Assembly: GCA_008632985.1 (NCBI GenBank)
Contig: QPGO01000050.1
Span: forward strand, 496,001 to 532,357
Length of the DNA stretch: 36,357 nucleotides
Direction: 5' to 3'
Source: Psammoneis japonica
Taxonomy: Eukaryota
The translations under genes and the position numbers were made by a program. Positions 1 to 11,362 of the stretch are shown here, piece after piece; position 1 is the stretch's first letter, and every line of letters begins with the position of its first letter. Below the pieces are notes generated by a model that was not told the origin of the DNA, searched no databases, and saw only the letters and a program-made list of their open reading frames with translations.

Positions 1-849
1 TGTCCTGATCATGCCATTCTTGACCAAGCAAACAATGGCTCTGGTTCAGGACAAATCTAAAATTTGTGTTTTGAGTGCAAAACTTGAGACTTGAGATGAA
101 CAAAAAATGCAAGGTCAGACAAGAACACAATGACACCACCTGCAAACCGCAACTTGAAAATTGAAGCAGCTGACTCTGCAGCTTCCCACGCACTCCCCAG
201 AATGCCAATGGTGGCTCTTTGAGAAGACATGCAAGAAAGGTGAGCTGCTGCTGCACTGCACTGGGAAAACACTGGGGGCTTGACTTGAGACTGTTTGCCA
301 GCTCTTGTTTGCAAGCATCCTGGAAGTGCTCAGTGCAGCATGGCTCCAAAACTTGACCAAAAGAGTTTGGGCTCAACAAACATTGGTGGTGGGGTCCCTC
401 CTCATGCCCCTGTGACTGTGAGAACACCATGCCAGCACCTCAACTTCTTTCCATTTCCCAAAGGTGCAAATGCTTCCTGTGAGGCTGAAACAAAAAAGCA
501 GAGTGTTTCAAAAAGCCAATCTGTGGATCAATTGCATGGTTGATGGCTGCAAAAGAGACAAATCTCAAAGGATTCACAGGGCCAATCTTGGCAGTGGTTG
601 GCCTGTCATCTTGGCTGCAACAATGCCAGCAACAAAGACAAACCTTGTGGGTGCAGACTTTGACTTAAAATGCCACCTCTTTGAAGAAAACAATGAAAAC
701 AGAGACCAGCCAACAGCAGAAATTCAGAAACTCCATTGACCATCCATGTGTCTTCATCTGCAGCCCACACAATGAGGTGCAATCATTGCACTTCAGCTCT
801 CAACTTGGGTCTCAAAGCACTTGGGTCAATGTGGGGCTGCTGTCATTGC

Positions 850-3050
850 TGCATGGTCAGACAGTCCATGGCTGGACATCTGCTGAGCTCACTTGACCAG
901 ATCTGCACATTCTTGCAAAGCTCAACCAGCTCCTTTTCTGGCTCCACATTGAAGCTTCCATCTCCTCTCATCCTTCTTTTGAATCTCAAACAATGGGAAA
1001 AACTCTCATGACAACTGCCAGGTTGGTCAAAGCTGCCTGCGGCACTTGTGGCCATCACATGACCTGCTGATGAGCAGCTGGGAGGTGCTTTGACTCTGCC
1101 TGCATCAGCACGTTGGCTGTGTGATGAAAATGGATGCCAAGGTCAATGATGTCTACACCTTTCAGGAATGACCAAAATCCATTGTGCTCAATCAATGACT
1201 GCTGCACCACCAGGTGCAGGAAGATCATGGTCGTCTCAACCAATCATGTTGCCAAGTCTCCCTGCCAGGTCAGGACTTGGCAAACTGGCATGCAACAAGC
1301 TTGCATGTGGCCACTCTTCACTGTGGCAGTTCTCTTTCTTGTCATGGGAATCTTTCCCACCTTTGCACATCTTTGCATTTTTGTGGTGGCAGATTCTGCT
1401 GGTTCTGGCACATGCAAACCAAGCTTTTGATTTGGCCCAGTTGTTGGCTCACATCTAATTTTTCCATGCTTTGTGCACACTGTTGTGCACTTGGTCCAAG
1501 AGATGCTGGCTGGGGCTGCATTGGTGATTGATGCCACATTGAGAACAATGGCAGAAAGGAGCATTTTGCTGGTCATCAGATCATCTGCCTTTCTTTCACA
1601 GCTCATCTTTTACAGAAGCGGACATGCAGACATGTGGGGCAGCCACCAGCCCACATGCTCAAGCTCACTTGGGCCATTTTTCCAAGGCTCCACATGATGT
1701 TTGACAATGTCAAAATCTAAAAACACAGGGGCTTCCATGAACTTGGCAACACACCAGACTGTCAAACTTTGCATTTTTGAGATTGTGTTGTTCAGAGTCA
1801 TGCCAGTTGCAGGGTGGATGAGCTCCAAAAGAACAACTGCAATCATTCAACACATTTCCAATGACACAAGTGGTGCTGGTTCTGGTCCACCACCATGGCA
1901 CCAGAGGCAGGCAAGTGGCAATTGAGATGTCATTTTGCCGCTCCCAAGACATGTTGCAAAGGGCCAGCTTGTGACCATGTCTCAGCCATCAGATTGCTCA
2001 CACCCAAGAGAAGAGCAGCTTGGACATGGCTCATTTTGCATGGGATCTGCAAATTTGTTCATGAACAGGATTTTTGTGATCAACAACAGCCAATGGAGCT
2101 CAGAGCATTCCTTGCACATGCAAAAGCCATTGCCCCTCAAAACTTGGGTTGCCACTCCATGTGACCCAGTCAAAGAGGGCAAGTTGCTGCAGCACACATC
2201 ATCTCCTGTCATTTGACCTGGTGAGAAGATGTTCCTTGCTTCTTTGTGTTGCACCAGTCTCTGAAGAGCTTTTGCCTTTCCTTTAAGAACTTCCTGAAGT
2301 GTTTCTTCTTTCACAGAAAATTGCTTGAATGAAAGAGAGGTCATCATGAAAAAAAGCTTCCAGCTGATCTCTTGGCCAATGCAAGAGAGACATGAAGTGC
2401 AGCAAGTTTGGAAGATGCTCTGCCCCTGGTCTGTCAATTGCTCTTGCTGGCTCTTGCATGCCATCATCTTCCTGTGAGCACATGCTTCCATGTTCCATGT
2501 GCAAGTTTGTTGCTGACCAACGGCTCAATTGCAGGTTGCACTGCCCACCTGATTTGGCAATCAAGGGGTGTGTGCCAAAAAGGCAATGGATGCTGCCCCC
2601 AAGCATGTCCACATGAAGCAACAACATCCATGATTCTCACGATCTCAACAAGCAAGGGTGCTGGAAGCCAAGTGGCATTGTTGATGCTTTGGTTGCATCT
2701 TTTGAACATGTGTGGGATTTTCCCAACATCACGATGGAGACAGCATGGGTGCTGTGGACTTGGGCAGTGTTTTGCCATTGTCTGGAAGCAAAACAAAATG
2801 GCAAGTTCAACCAAACTGATCTAAATTAGATTTGTGTGTTTTTGCAGAGCAGAGGTCTGCCATGCTGCCAAGTCAAGGGCACAAAAGGCAGAGCTGCGCA
2901 TTTGCCTCTGAGGCCCCACCAGCCTGGAGCTGCACGGGCAGGTGACCAAAGAATTGCTGTTCTTGGCTCTCAAGATGGAGAGAGTGCATGCAAAGTTGCA
3001 AAAAGAAAATGATTTCAGTGCCTGCAAGATCACCTGCTTCAACTCATCAT
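850..3050 (-). pseudogene. Heavily decayed coding-like relic of unknown family
   Basis: Successive minus-strand ORF fragments read as protein-like (e.g. SFKQFSVKEETLQEVLKGKAKALQRLVQHKEARNIFSPG; FMEAPVFLDFDIVKHHVEPWKNGP). No family recognised and limits are approximate. Confidence 0.3.
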
Positions 3051-3056
3051 GAACTC

Positions 3057-3245
3057 ATTTGCTGTGTCTTTTTCTGAAATCACCACTTCCCTTCTTTTCA
3101 TGTCTGTTCACTTTCCTGTTGATGAGTTGTGCTGCCTTTCTTGCTGCAGTTCACAAATTAATTTGCTGCACCTTTTTCTGAAATCACAATTTCTCTTCTT
3201 CACATCTGTTCACTGTCCTCTTGATGAGTTGTGTGTTGCCCTCAT
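3057..3245. repeat. Degenerate tandem duplication, period ~104 bp
   Basis: atttgctg..ctttttctgaaatcac..tctgttcact..ttgatgagttgtg occurs from 3057 and again from 3161. Confidence 0.75.
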
Positions 3246-5012
3246 CTTGTTGTTCTCAAAGCCGCATTTGCGTGGCACATGCATGGCTGCTGCTCTCCAC
3301 AGAAAGCCAGACAAATGGGACTGAGATGCAACAAAGATGGCAAACACAAGAAAATTTGTGTTTTAAAACAACAGGTTTTGCTCTCTTTGTGACTGTTTTG
3401 GCCCTTCATGTTTCCAACTCTTGGCTGATGCTCCAAACAAATTGGTTGCCTGGGCTGTCCCAGTCACAACAATCACCACCTGGCTGAGCTTTGAGGGGCA
3501 GAACAGACATGTTGGTTTTCACCTTTGTCACTTCTGGACCCATTCTGAATTTTGGTTGCCTTGGGATTTTTTGCAGCATGCTGCACAACTTGGCAGCAGA
3601 AGCCATGGCTCTGCTGTGATGGAGCCTGTTTCTAATCTGGAAGACACAAAATTTTGACTGTTGGATTGGAGAGGCTGGTCATTTCTTGCAGTTCTTTGCA
3701 TGGTGCAAATTGGGAAAGAAACAAGCTGCAGCTGTTGCTTGTTTTCTTGCTTGGAGGAGATGAGTGTTGTTCTTCAATTTGGTGCAGTTGGCCACTTTTT
3801 AAACAGAGAGCTGGGGAGAAAAAGTTTGTCTCCATTCATGGGGAAGCCTCAAGCACTTCATCAATTGTGCCCCCATGGATGGGGTTTGGTTTGTCATTTG
3901 ACAGAGCCTGGCTGAGCCTCCTTTTGGTGCATTCCTCACATTGTGCTGAACAATTTGTGCAAGCAAAGTGTTTGCCAACAAAGCTGGGCTTGTCGAAACA
4001 CTCGCACAGCAACGGACAACAACTCAAGCTCTTGGCACCCAGGTGGGAAGGTGGTCTTGTACAATGATGCTGGACAACTCTGGCATGGGAACAGGATGTG
4101 CCTCCTGCAGTGGACAAATGACACTGGCGATTGCTGCAGTTGCACCCAGCCCACAACTCCCAGCAGCCAGGCCGTCATGCTGCTTCAAAGGCTGTGACCT
4201 CCATCTCCACACACTTGAAGCTGAACAAGGCAAGTGCAAAAACAGCTTGCAATCAAGCAAGACCTGTCATTTTTGACAACTCAAAATGTGCACATGCTTG
4301 CAAGTCTTGCTCCTGGGAGCCTGGGCTGGCTCGCCAGCATTGCATTTTGTGCGAGAGAGTGGTGTGGTGGTGGTGAGTTGCATGAGACACAAGAAGTTTG
4401 CCAGTTGGAGTGACAATCCATGTCATGAGAATGCAATCAAAGAAAGCATTCCTTGTGTTGCCATCATGGTGAAAGTGAATCAACAGCTTGGAGGAAGGGG
4501 TGCGTGCTGCCTGAGCTCTCCATGTCTCTCAAAGGAGCACTGTGTGGTGCTGTGCTGCAGAGAGAGCAGCCGAGAAAAAAGACACAAAGATGTTTGGTGT
4601 TGCACAAACAGCACAAAATGTGTTTGTTGCAGCAGTTCATTGGGTTCACCCTTGCAACTCTGCTTCTCAGCTAGTCAGGGGGGTGGACCGAGGCAAGGAG
4701 CCCCTCGACTCCTCGCACAACTTTGCTCATCCAACCTTGTGGCCTTCGAGTTCTCGTACTACAATTAGAAATCTCAAAACCTCGAACATCTCAACGGGCA
4801 TTTTGTATGACTCTTTGAGAACTTTTGGTGTTCGCATCTGTCGCCTCAACTGACAAATAACCAGCCACGAAACCGAACACTTCGAAACGCCCAAGAATGA
4901 CAGCAAATCTTTCACAGCACAACGCTCAACAGTATTACCGTACAATAACACACGCCACGCAACATTCAAGAACTTGTTACAACAAAAGCACAACAGATAC
5001 TACATTAAAACC

Positions 5013-7691
5013 ATGGAAGAAAAGAAGGAAGACAGTCCTTTGCGTAATGGCGATCATGAATACGTACAGCAGAACGAGCAAGTAGTACAAGAGCAATCAC
5101 GAAAACAACAAGAAACTTCTGCACCACGTCGCTCATTCTTCTTCGTGAGGTTGCTTCGCGTCATTTTGATTGACACTCCGCTGCTTCTCTTGTTTATTGG
5201 ATTCGTATCATCGTGGTGTATTCATCGAATTCATGACGACTTGTATGTTCCGTTCTTCAGAGCCGCCACAGTCACGGACGAACGCTTGATGAACGAACAT
5301 ACCTATTATGATCGTCTCTGTTCTCATGTCGACGTGACGGCGGACAATCTGTCGGCCCTCGTGATGAATGCCGAAAAAGACACGTCGGAGAAACTAGTCG
5401 ATACCGTTCTGACACATGGAGGTGCTGTGATTCCCAAGGTGTTAAAGCAAGACACGGTGGAAAAGCTGCGCAAATTTGTAGTGAAGCGCAACGATGAAAT
5501 TGAAGAATTGGGAGAAGCCTATCCCGTATCTCAGGGATACTTGAGATCGTCGTTTGGACTTGATGCGGCAGAAGATCCAATCGTAGCGGTAGCATTAAAG
5601 GAAGTGGCATCGAATGCACTCTTGAAACCAGGAGTGGCAGCCCTGGTGGGACCGGACCCGGCCGTGGCGGAGATTACAGTCATTACCAATTACGAGGGGT
5701 GCTATGAACAAGCGTGGCATTCCGACATTAAGATCGATGGAAATGCGGTCAAGTTTGCAAGGACCTTTACGCATTCCTACTCCTTGTTTGTTCCTTTACA
5801 AGACACAACAGCCGAAATGGGCGCTACCGAAATGTGTCCGGGAACGCATTACTGCGCCAACGAGAATCTCGCAGAAATGTGCGACAAGCACGGGATACAA
5901 CTCAGCGAGGCGTCTCCGGATGGTGTTTGGCACGCTGGAGATGGAGCGCTACTGAGTCAGATTGTTTGGCATCGAGGACAGGCACACACCGACCCAAACG
6001 CCTTGGAACGGATCCTCTTTGTGGTTACCTTTATTTCGCGTCCTCAACCAGAAATTGATCACCGACAGCTCTCACGAGGAACATACTTTCATCTCAAGTG
6101 GAACATGTGGGGACACACCTGGCAAGACTTGATGGATGCAGGCACGTCCATGGCTAAGCCTTGGTCTTACCTGCGTTGTTTGGGATTGTGGAAACCCAAG
6201 GAGCGGAATTGGGGATTTGATTTGCTCACAGCATCGGTTCTTCGGATTGCCAATAACCAGAATGGCTTTGATTCAGAGGATATTCCAGATTTTGTTTCCA
6301 ATGTTATTGAAAAGAAAATTCACTTGCCCAAGATGTTGCACGGACGCATCTTGTTCGAACACGACGATGCCTGGCAAGTCTTTTTGCAAGAAACCATTGA
6401 CAACACGTACATGTGGTTCAAGTGGGGAAATGCGGCCGTCTTGTCAATCTATGTCATTATGGTCGTGGTAGTAAGCTGTGCTGGTGTGGGACAAGATGGG
6501 CACAAGAAACGTATTGTCCCTTCCGCCTTGCTACGCCTTGCCAAGACCCATGCTTTGGTATTCTCATTGGGCTACCTGTTTGTCCGGTACGTGGAACAGT
6601 CTCATTGGGGAAGCAACATTCAAAGGGGGCGAACGTTACCGCCATCATTTCCTCCGCGTGATCCAAAGACACCATTGATCTTTTCTGGGCCAACCACGTA
6701 TCCGGAACGAAACGATATTTTGGTTGGTTCCCGGTTTGACGGTCCGTACCTTGGAGCCTTTAATGATTGGTTGGACTACCACCCGGGAAACCAAAAATTC
6801 CTTCGCCACATTCAAGAGTCAGCCAGTGCTCATGCAATGCACAGCAAGAATACTGTCTTTGCAGATTTTCTTGTTAAGGTCATTGTCGATTCCGTCGGCG
6901 GCACGCGTTTTCTACAACAGGACCATGTGAGCGGCCATTGGATGGTGATGACTGAGGAACAAGCTCAAGACTATACTAGGCGGGCGCTCATGAGACAAGC
7001 TAGTCCCTGGCTAGCAAGTGTCGACAAGGCGCTCAAGTTTCTGCTTGCCGAGTACCGGTTTGGGTTCCACCGCGGGACACGTCTTGCTCGAGACTCACAA
7101 GCGTACTTGTTGCAACTCCGAGACTTGATTTATGGTTTTCAAAAACATCCGTCGTTACCCCAACCACCGCTGGGCTTGGTTCCTCTGTTCCAAAGAGTGC
7201 AGCTGCCGTCACTCCCGTCAGTTGCGGGTTCTGTGCCAAAGCTTTCTGAGCGTCGCCGGGTTGTGAGAGAACGCACACCTTACGACTTGAACGTTGGCGA
7301 CACAATCTGGGGTAACTGGAATGGTGATGACTTGTGGTTTCAGGGTGTCCTGGCTGTAGACTATGGGAATGGCAAGTACGGTATTTCCTACGAAGACGAC
7401 TCTTTCGAAGAAGATGTACCAAAGGCCCGTATTGTCAAGCATGTTCCACTACAGAGCGGCGACCGCGTCTCTGTAAATTATCGAGGCGAAGCCGCATGGT
7501 ACATTGCAGAGGTACTTAGAGTTGGTCCCAATCGAGACATTGATGTCATTTTCGACGATGGAGAAGTTCTTCGAGACATTGACCCACTTTACTATCGCGA
7601 CGGTATTTCCATGTTTGCCAATGTCGTTGTCCTGGATCCAGAGGAAGACAAATACACCGACGTGTTGCTTGATGATCCCCCGATTGATTGA
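5013..7691 (+). CDS. Membrane-associated PhyH-like 2OG-Fe(II) dioxygenase with an HPGN (DUF6824-like) module and two C-terminal Tudor/Agenet-like repeats; single exon
   Basis: Long ORF with first ATG at 5013. Metal-binding triad HxD (QAWHSD) plus distal His (WHRGQAH), PhyH-type strands (LFVPLQDTTAEMGATEMCPGTH), and hydrophobic segments near the N-terminus and mid-protein. Also YHPGNQKF and two Tudor-like units (VGDTIWGNWNGDDLWFQG..ISYEDD; SGDRVSVNYRGEAAWYIAEV..VIFDDGE). Confidence 0.88.
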   Translation: MEEKKEDSPLRNGDHEYVQQNEQVVQEQSRKQQETSAPRRSFFFVRLLRVILIDTPLLLLFIGFVSSWCIHRIHDDLYVPFFRAATVTDERLMNEHTYYDRLCSHVDVTADNLSALVMNAEKDTSEKLVDTVLTHGGAVIPKVLKQDTVEKLRKFVVKRNDEIEELGEAYPVSQGYLRSSFGLDAAEDPIVAVALKEVASNALLKPGVAALVGPDPAVAEITVITNYEGCYEQAWHSDIKIDGNAVKFARTFTHSYSLFVPLQDTTAEMGATEMCPGTHYCANENLAEMCDKHGIQLSEASPDGVWHAGDGALLSQIVWHRGQAHTDPNALERILFVVTFISRPQPEIDHRQLSRGTYFHLKWNMWGHTWQDLMDAGTSMAKPWSYLRCLGLWKPKERNWGFDLLTASVLRIANNQNGFDSEDIPDFVSNVIEKKIHLPKMLHGRILFEHDDAWQVFLQETIDNTYMWFKWGNAAVLSIYVIMVVVVSCAGVGQDGHKKRIVPSALLRLAKTHALVFSLGYLFVRYVEQSHWGSNIQRGRTLPPSFPPRDPKTPLIFSGPTTYPERNDILVGSRFDGPYLGAFNDWLDYHPGNQKFLRHIQESASAHAMHSKNTVFADFLVKVIVDSVGGTRFLQQDHVSGHWMVMTEEQAQDYTRRALMRQASPWLASVDKALKFLLAEYRFGFHRGTRLARDSQAYLLQLRDLIYGFQKHPSLPQPPLGLVPLFQRVQLPSLPSVAGSVPKLSERRRVVRERTPYDLNVGDTIWGNWNGDDLWFQGVLAVDYGNGKYGISYEDDSFEEDVPKARIVKHVPLQSGDRVSVNYRGEAAWYIAEVLRVGPNRDIDVIFDDGEVLRDIDPLYYRDGISMFANVVVLDPEEDKYTDVLLDDPPID

Positions 7692-8120
7692 CAGATTCGT
7701 AAGGGATGGATCCGGTTTGCGTCTAAATTGTAATGAAGATATTGAGTATGAATTTTATAATTCAAGCTGTGCGTTTCTTACAATGGAGCTTCATCTCGGG
7801 CGCCACTACATACAGTAGAGCCACCCGACGTGACAAGCGCGTGGTCGCTGTCGGCACTGATGGCGAAGAAGCAAATAGTCTTTACTACCCACAGCCAACC
7901 TGTGGGGGTAAATAAATAGTGGTCCTTAGAAACTGCAGATTTCTCGATACCGCTATTCTTCCGAGACCTTTATGCTTGGCTGTTCATTCTACCGTACTAT
8001 GACACTCATCAATGCTAAGAGGCTTGCTGGATTGGTGATGTGTCACACATCGGTGAGTAGACTTAAGTACAACTTATTTGAATCTTTCTGTAGCAATCGC
8101 TATGACGTAGGTAGGGCTAC

Positions 8121-9155
8121 TCAAAATGATGCAACTGTCGACACCATACCCCCTCCACTATTTCCGCTGATGATGCCACTATCGCTCGAAGTCGTCGCTT
8201 GCAACTTCAACTCATCGTCGTCACGGCATTCTTCTTTTTCGTCAGCTGCCGATTTATCAACCTGATACAGATACACCCGTGACTGATTATTTTGCTGATT
8301 TTTGCTTGCTCCACACAAAAACTTTGAAAGTAACTTGCTTTCATCCAAGGCTGGGGCGGACATGGACCCTAATTGATAATCGGCCTGACCCGTGACAAAT
8401 TTCAAAATCAAAGGATGCTTTGACAGCCTTCCAGCGCATTCTACAAACGATGCAAGCAAGCAAGTAATGATTAGAATGTTCTCATTAGTAATGGGAGTTG
8501 TAAAAAGGGTCGATGACAATGCAATCGTTTACCATGATGAGGAATTGAGGAAGAATTCGTCGGAGCTTGGTTGAAGGTGTCATCAACCACCTCTTCCATT
8601 TCATCAAACGAAAGAATAGAATCTCCGAAGTAGCATGATGTCAGGAGAATTCCTTTTAAAGAATGGAGTTTCCAGGTTTAGGAAGATGATAAGTTTCACT
8701 GTCACAATCGGCCGCCAGCACTCAGAATGTATGGCTTACTCACCTTCTACTAGGAAGTGAAGGTTCTTCTTGTTGATTCGCTCAGAAGACGTGACATCCA
8801 TGATTTCTAACGCAAACTTAATAACAGAGTACAGATCTTGATTTGAGCATGCTAAGGGGCTAACACCTGTGCAAAAGTTGCGGTAGTTGATTCTGCTGCA
8901 ACCGTCTTCATCCCACATTGTGAAGAGCAAGTCGAAAACTTTGGCATCGTAGTTTGGGTCAAGCTTCACTTGACTCATTGCGCTTCTAAACTCGATTCTC
9001 GATAATTTAAACGATTTTCTTTCCTTTGACATTGCAATGCATACGTGAAGGAGTGCTTTGAGCTTCTTCTTGTCAAGTTTCATCGTGTGTGCCATTGCAA
9101 CCATGGCAAGAGGCCTCTTTGACCCCCCTGTCGAAAGAGGTAAAGAGTTTCCCAT
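8121..9155 (-). CDS. N-myristoylated EF-hand calcium sensor (calcineurin B/recoverin-like); exons 9155-8744, 8652-8533, 8440-8121
   Basis: Starts MGNSLP and has EF-hand loops (FTMWDEDGCSRINYRNF, IMDVTSSERINKKNL). GT-AG introns 8743-8653 and 8532-8441 join the frames as HFLVE-GILLTSCYFGDSILSFDEMEEVVDDTF..PHH-ECAGRLSKHPLILKFV. Confidence 0.85.
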
Positions 9156-9639
9156 CCTTCACATGAACACCAATACTGTAAAAGAGCAGATGGGATACGG
9201 TACGGTAGGAGGTAGGAGCTTCGTGTAGTAGAGTCGAAAGATGCCGCAGTCGTTTGTCGTTGGATAGGGCCCTCTAGCTAGAGTAGGGCTACCGTATTGA
9301 TTTTGTGAGCGAATGTTTCGATCCCAGATTAACGTGCTTATTATTATTATTATTCAGAGTTAAAGCTAATATATGCTACACTTTTTTAAATGCCTCTACT
9401 ATAAAAGTCATCATTCGCTAAAGATATTATAGTCTCATTTATATATCCAACAAGGAATAAAACCACACAAGCACTATTGCCAGGTATGAACCGGCACTAC
9501 TCGTCGACCACCCAACAAGGACGGACGTGTGTTTGTGTCGCGCAGAGTGCGTGGAGAAGACTTCATGTCAAATTCAAATCTTCAGCATCTATTGTGTAGA
9601 ATGGGTAGAATGGCTTCCTTTGGCAAAGTAGTTTGGCAA

Positions 9640-11070
9640 GCCGTGTCCAAGATGAGCATGTTACAATGCAGTCATTTGTGAGTTGCTGTGACAAAGTCTT
9701 CATCATGATGAGTGAAAAGTGTCACAGTTTTTCGCTCACGGCTGCTCCAGCTTTTCATGTGCTCAGGATGCAACAGCTCAGTGTTCTGTTGAAGCAAAGC
9801 AACAAAGTTCATGTTGGCCTGAATTGTGTGCTGATTCTCATTGCTCATTTCATCAGTTCCAGCCATCAATCCCTCGTGTGACCATCCCCAGCTTCTTGGG
9901 CCTGCTCCTCCAGTGCTGGAGGAGGAACAGAGGGTGCAGCTTCTCATTGATCAGCTCACACACAACACCTGTCGGCGACATGGACTGGGCCATCTTTGCA
10001 AGGACATGGGGCCACAGAGCTGTCAGCATGTTCAACAGGACCTCAAGATCATGGCAATGATGAGTCACAAGAACAAACATCACCATCTTGTTGTTTTGTC
10101 TGAGTGAAACAGAGCCACATCCAAAGGAGTCCTCAAGAAAATGTCTTTTTTGCACACAGATTCTTGCTTGGTGCTGTGTGTTGCAGCAAGAAACACACAG
10201 GGTGTTCATTTTCTTCTTGAAGACATGCACAATGCAGTCAGTGCAGTGGTGCACAACTTTTTTCTCCTTGCTGTGACACAATGGCACCCATCTCCAAGAG
10301 GAGCCAGGCAATTCCAAAGCAATGTCCTTGTTTCCACTGCAGTCATTGCTCATGTCATCATTGATGCTGCCCAAGAAAAGTCCAGTGCAGCAAGCAAGAG
10401 CCAATGGCATGCATCCAGGCATTCTCAATTTTTCACAATTGACATCAGTGCCACAGAACAGCAGCACTTGGACCACTGCTCTTTGTTGATGCTCAACAGC
10501 AGTGCCGTGCCAGAACCATCTGTTGTGTGCATGTCAGCACTGTTTCCAATGAGCAAGGCAGCAGCCTGTGCATGCCCTTGTGAGCTTGCGTGATGCAGAA
10601 GCATTTTCTCATTTGAAGGCATGGAGGCATTCTGGCAAACTTGTGTCTCTTGCATCAACACTTCTTGTCACACCACCACAAGACATCAGCAGCTCCACAA
10701 AATTTGCTTGTTTGCGAGGCAGGCAGCACAATGTGGAGAGCCATCCCAAGCACTCCATTGCTTCCCTCCTTTCAAACAAACAGCCACAGTCTCACCCAAG
10801 CATTCACGTGAGCTGCATGTTCCAACAAGAGGCAAACCATTGGCAGGTCTTGACCGCAAACAGCAGCGGCAAGTGGAGTCCTTCCGTCATCATCCAAAAC
10901 GTTCACATGAGAACTGCTGTTTGCTGTGACGAGATCTTGTGCTGCTTGGACATCTCTGGAACACTGTCATCAGACAAAAATCACGTTCAACAGAGAAGGC
11001 ATCTTGCATGTTCTGCTTTGGTTGTCATTGTTTTCAGTTTCTTGTTTCCAGTTTTGGCGTGACTTTGGCG
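9640..11070. other. TpA-depleted hypermutated island 2
   Basis: About 1.4 kb essentially without TA, flanked by TA-rich intergenic DNA (9300-9480 and 11120 onward). Confidence 0.9.
9920..11030 (-). pseudogene. Decayed ankyrin-repeat protein gene
   Basis: The minus strand reads HVNVLDDDGRTPLAAAVCGQDLPMVCLLLEHAAHVNA (~10910-10800), LLHHASSQGHAQAAALLIGNSADMHTTDGSGTALLLSI and VQVLLFCGTDVNCEKLRMPGCMPLALAC. It ends ALWPHVLAKM..VVCELINEKL and has multiple frameshifts and stops. Confidence 0.75.
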
Positions 11071-11362
11071 GCCCCTGCTAACACGGTAAAGATGGCGCGC
11101 GATGATGATATGAACGACGGTTAGTCGGTAAATAATAAATAATTCAAAGACCCTGATCTGAACCCTGTGTCCCAACAAGGGAGTTGTTGTTTCCATCAAA
11201 TAGTTTTCGAACGCAATCCAAGGTAAGGAGAAAGAGAACGACCGGAGTAAGAACCGACTAGCACTTAGGGTACGTTAGTTTTCGAAGCAAGAGAGTGCGC
11301 CTTTGGAGTGAATTGGAAGAATCATTCAACACCTTGAACTGAGACTATATTATACATCGCTT

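Larger units (their letters stand above)
1..4670. other. TpA- and CpG-depleted, TG/CA-rich hypermutated domain 1 (runs off the left window edge)
   Basis: Reading by eye finds only about 14 TA dinucleotides in 4.67 kb, mostly as TTAA/CTAA/TTAG, and few CG. Normal TA and CG usage returns at about 4670-4760. Confidence 0.9.

Noticed and set aside
57..4768. Dense overlapping Cys/His-rich short ORFs in all six frames (also 9.6-11 kb and 16.4-29 kb)
   Set aside because: By-product of TA loss: fewer TAA/TAG stops and excess TGY/CAY codons. They are not metal-binding peptide genes.
4974..5012. ORF-track starts at TTG/GTG (4974, 31154, 34322, 11998, 8519)
   Set aside because: These are eukaryotic genes, so the first in-frame ATG or a splice acceptor is used instead.
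9338..9354. (TTA)n microsatellite, plus C-runs at ~16651-16667 and ~18773-18788 and an ACACA run at ~30650
   Set aside because: Ordinary simple repeats.
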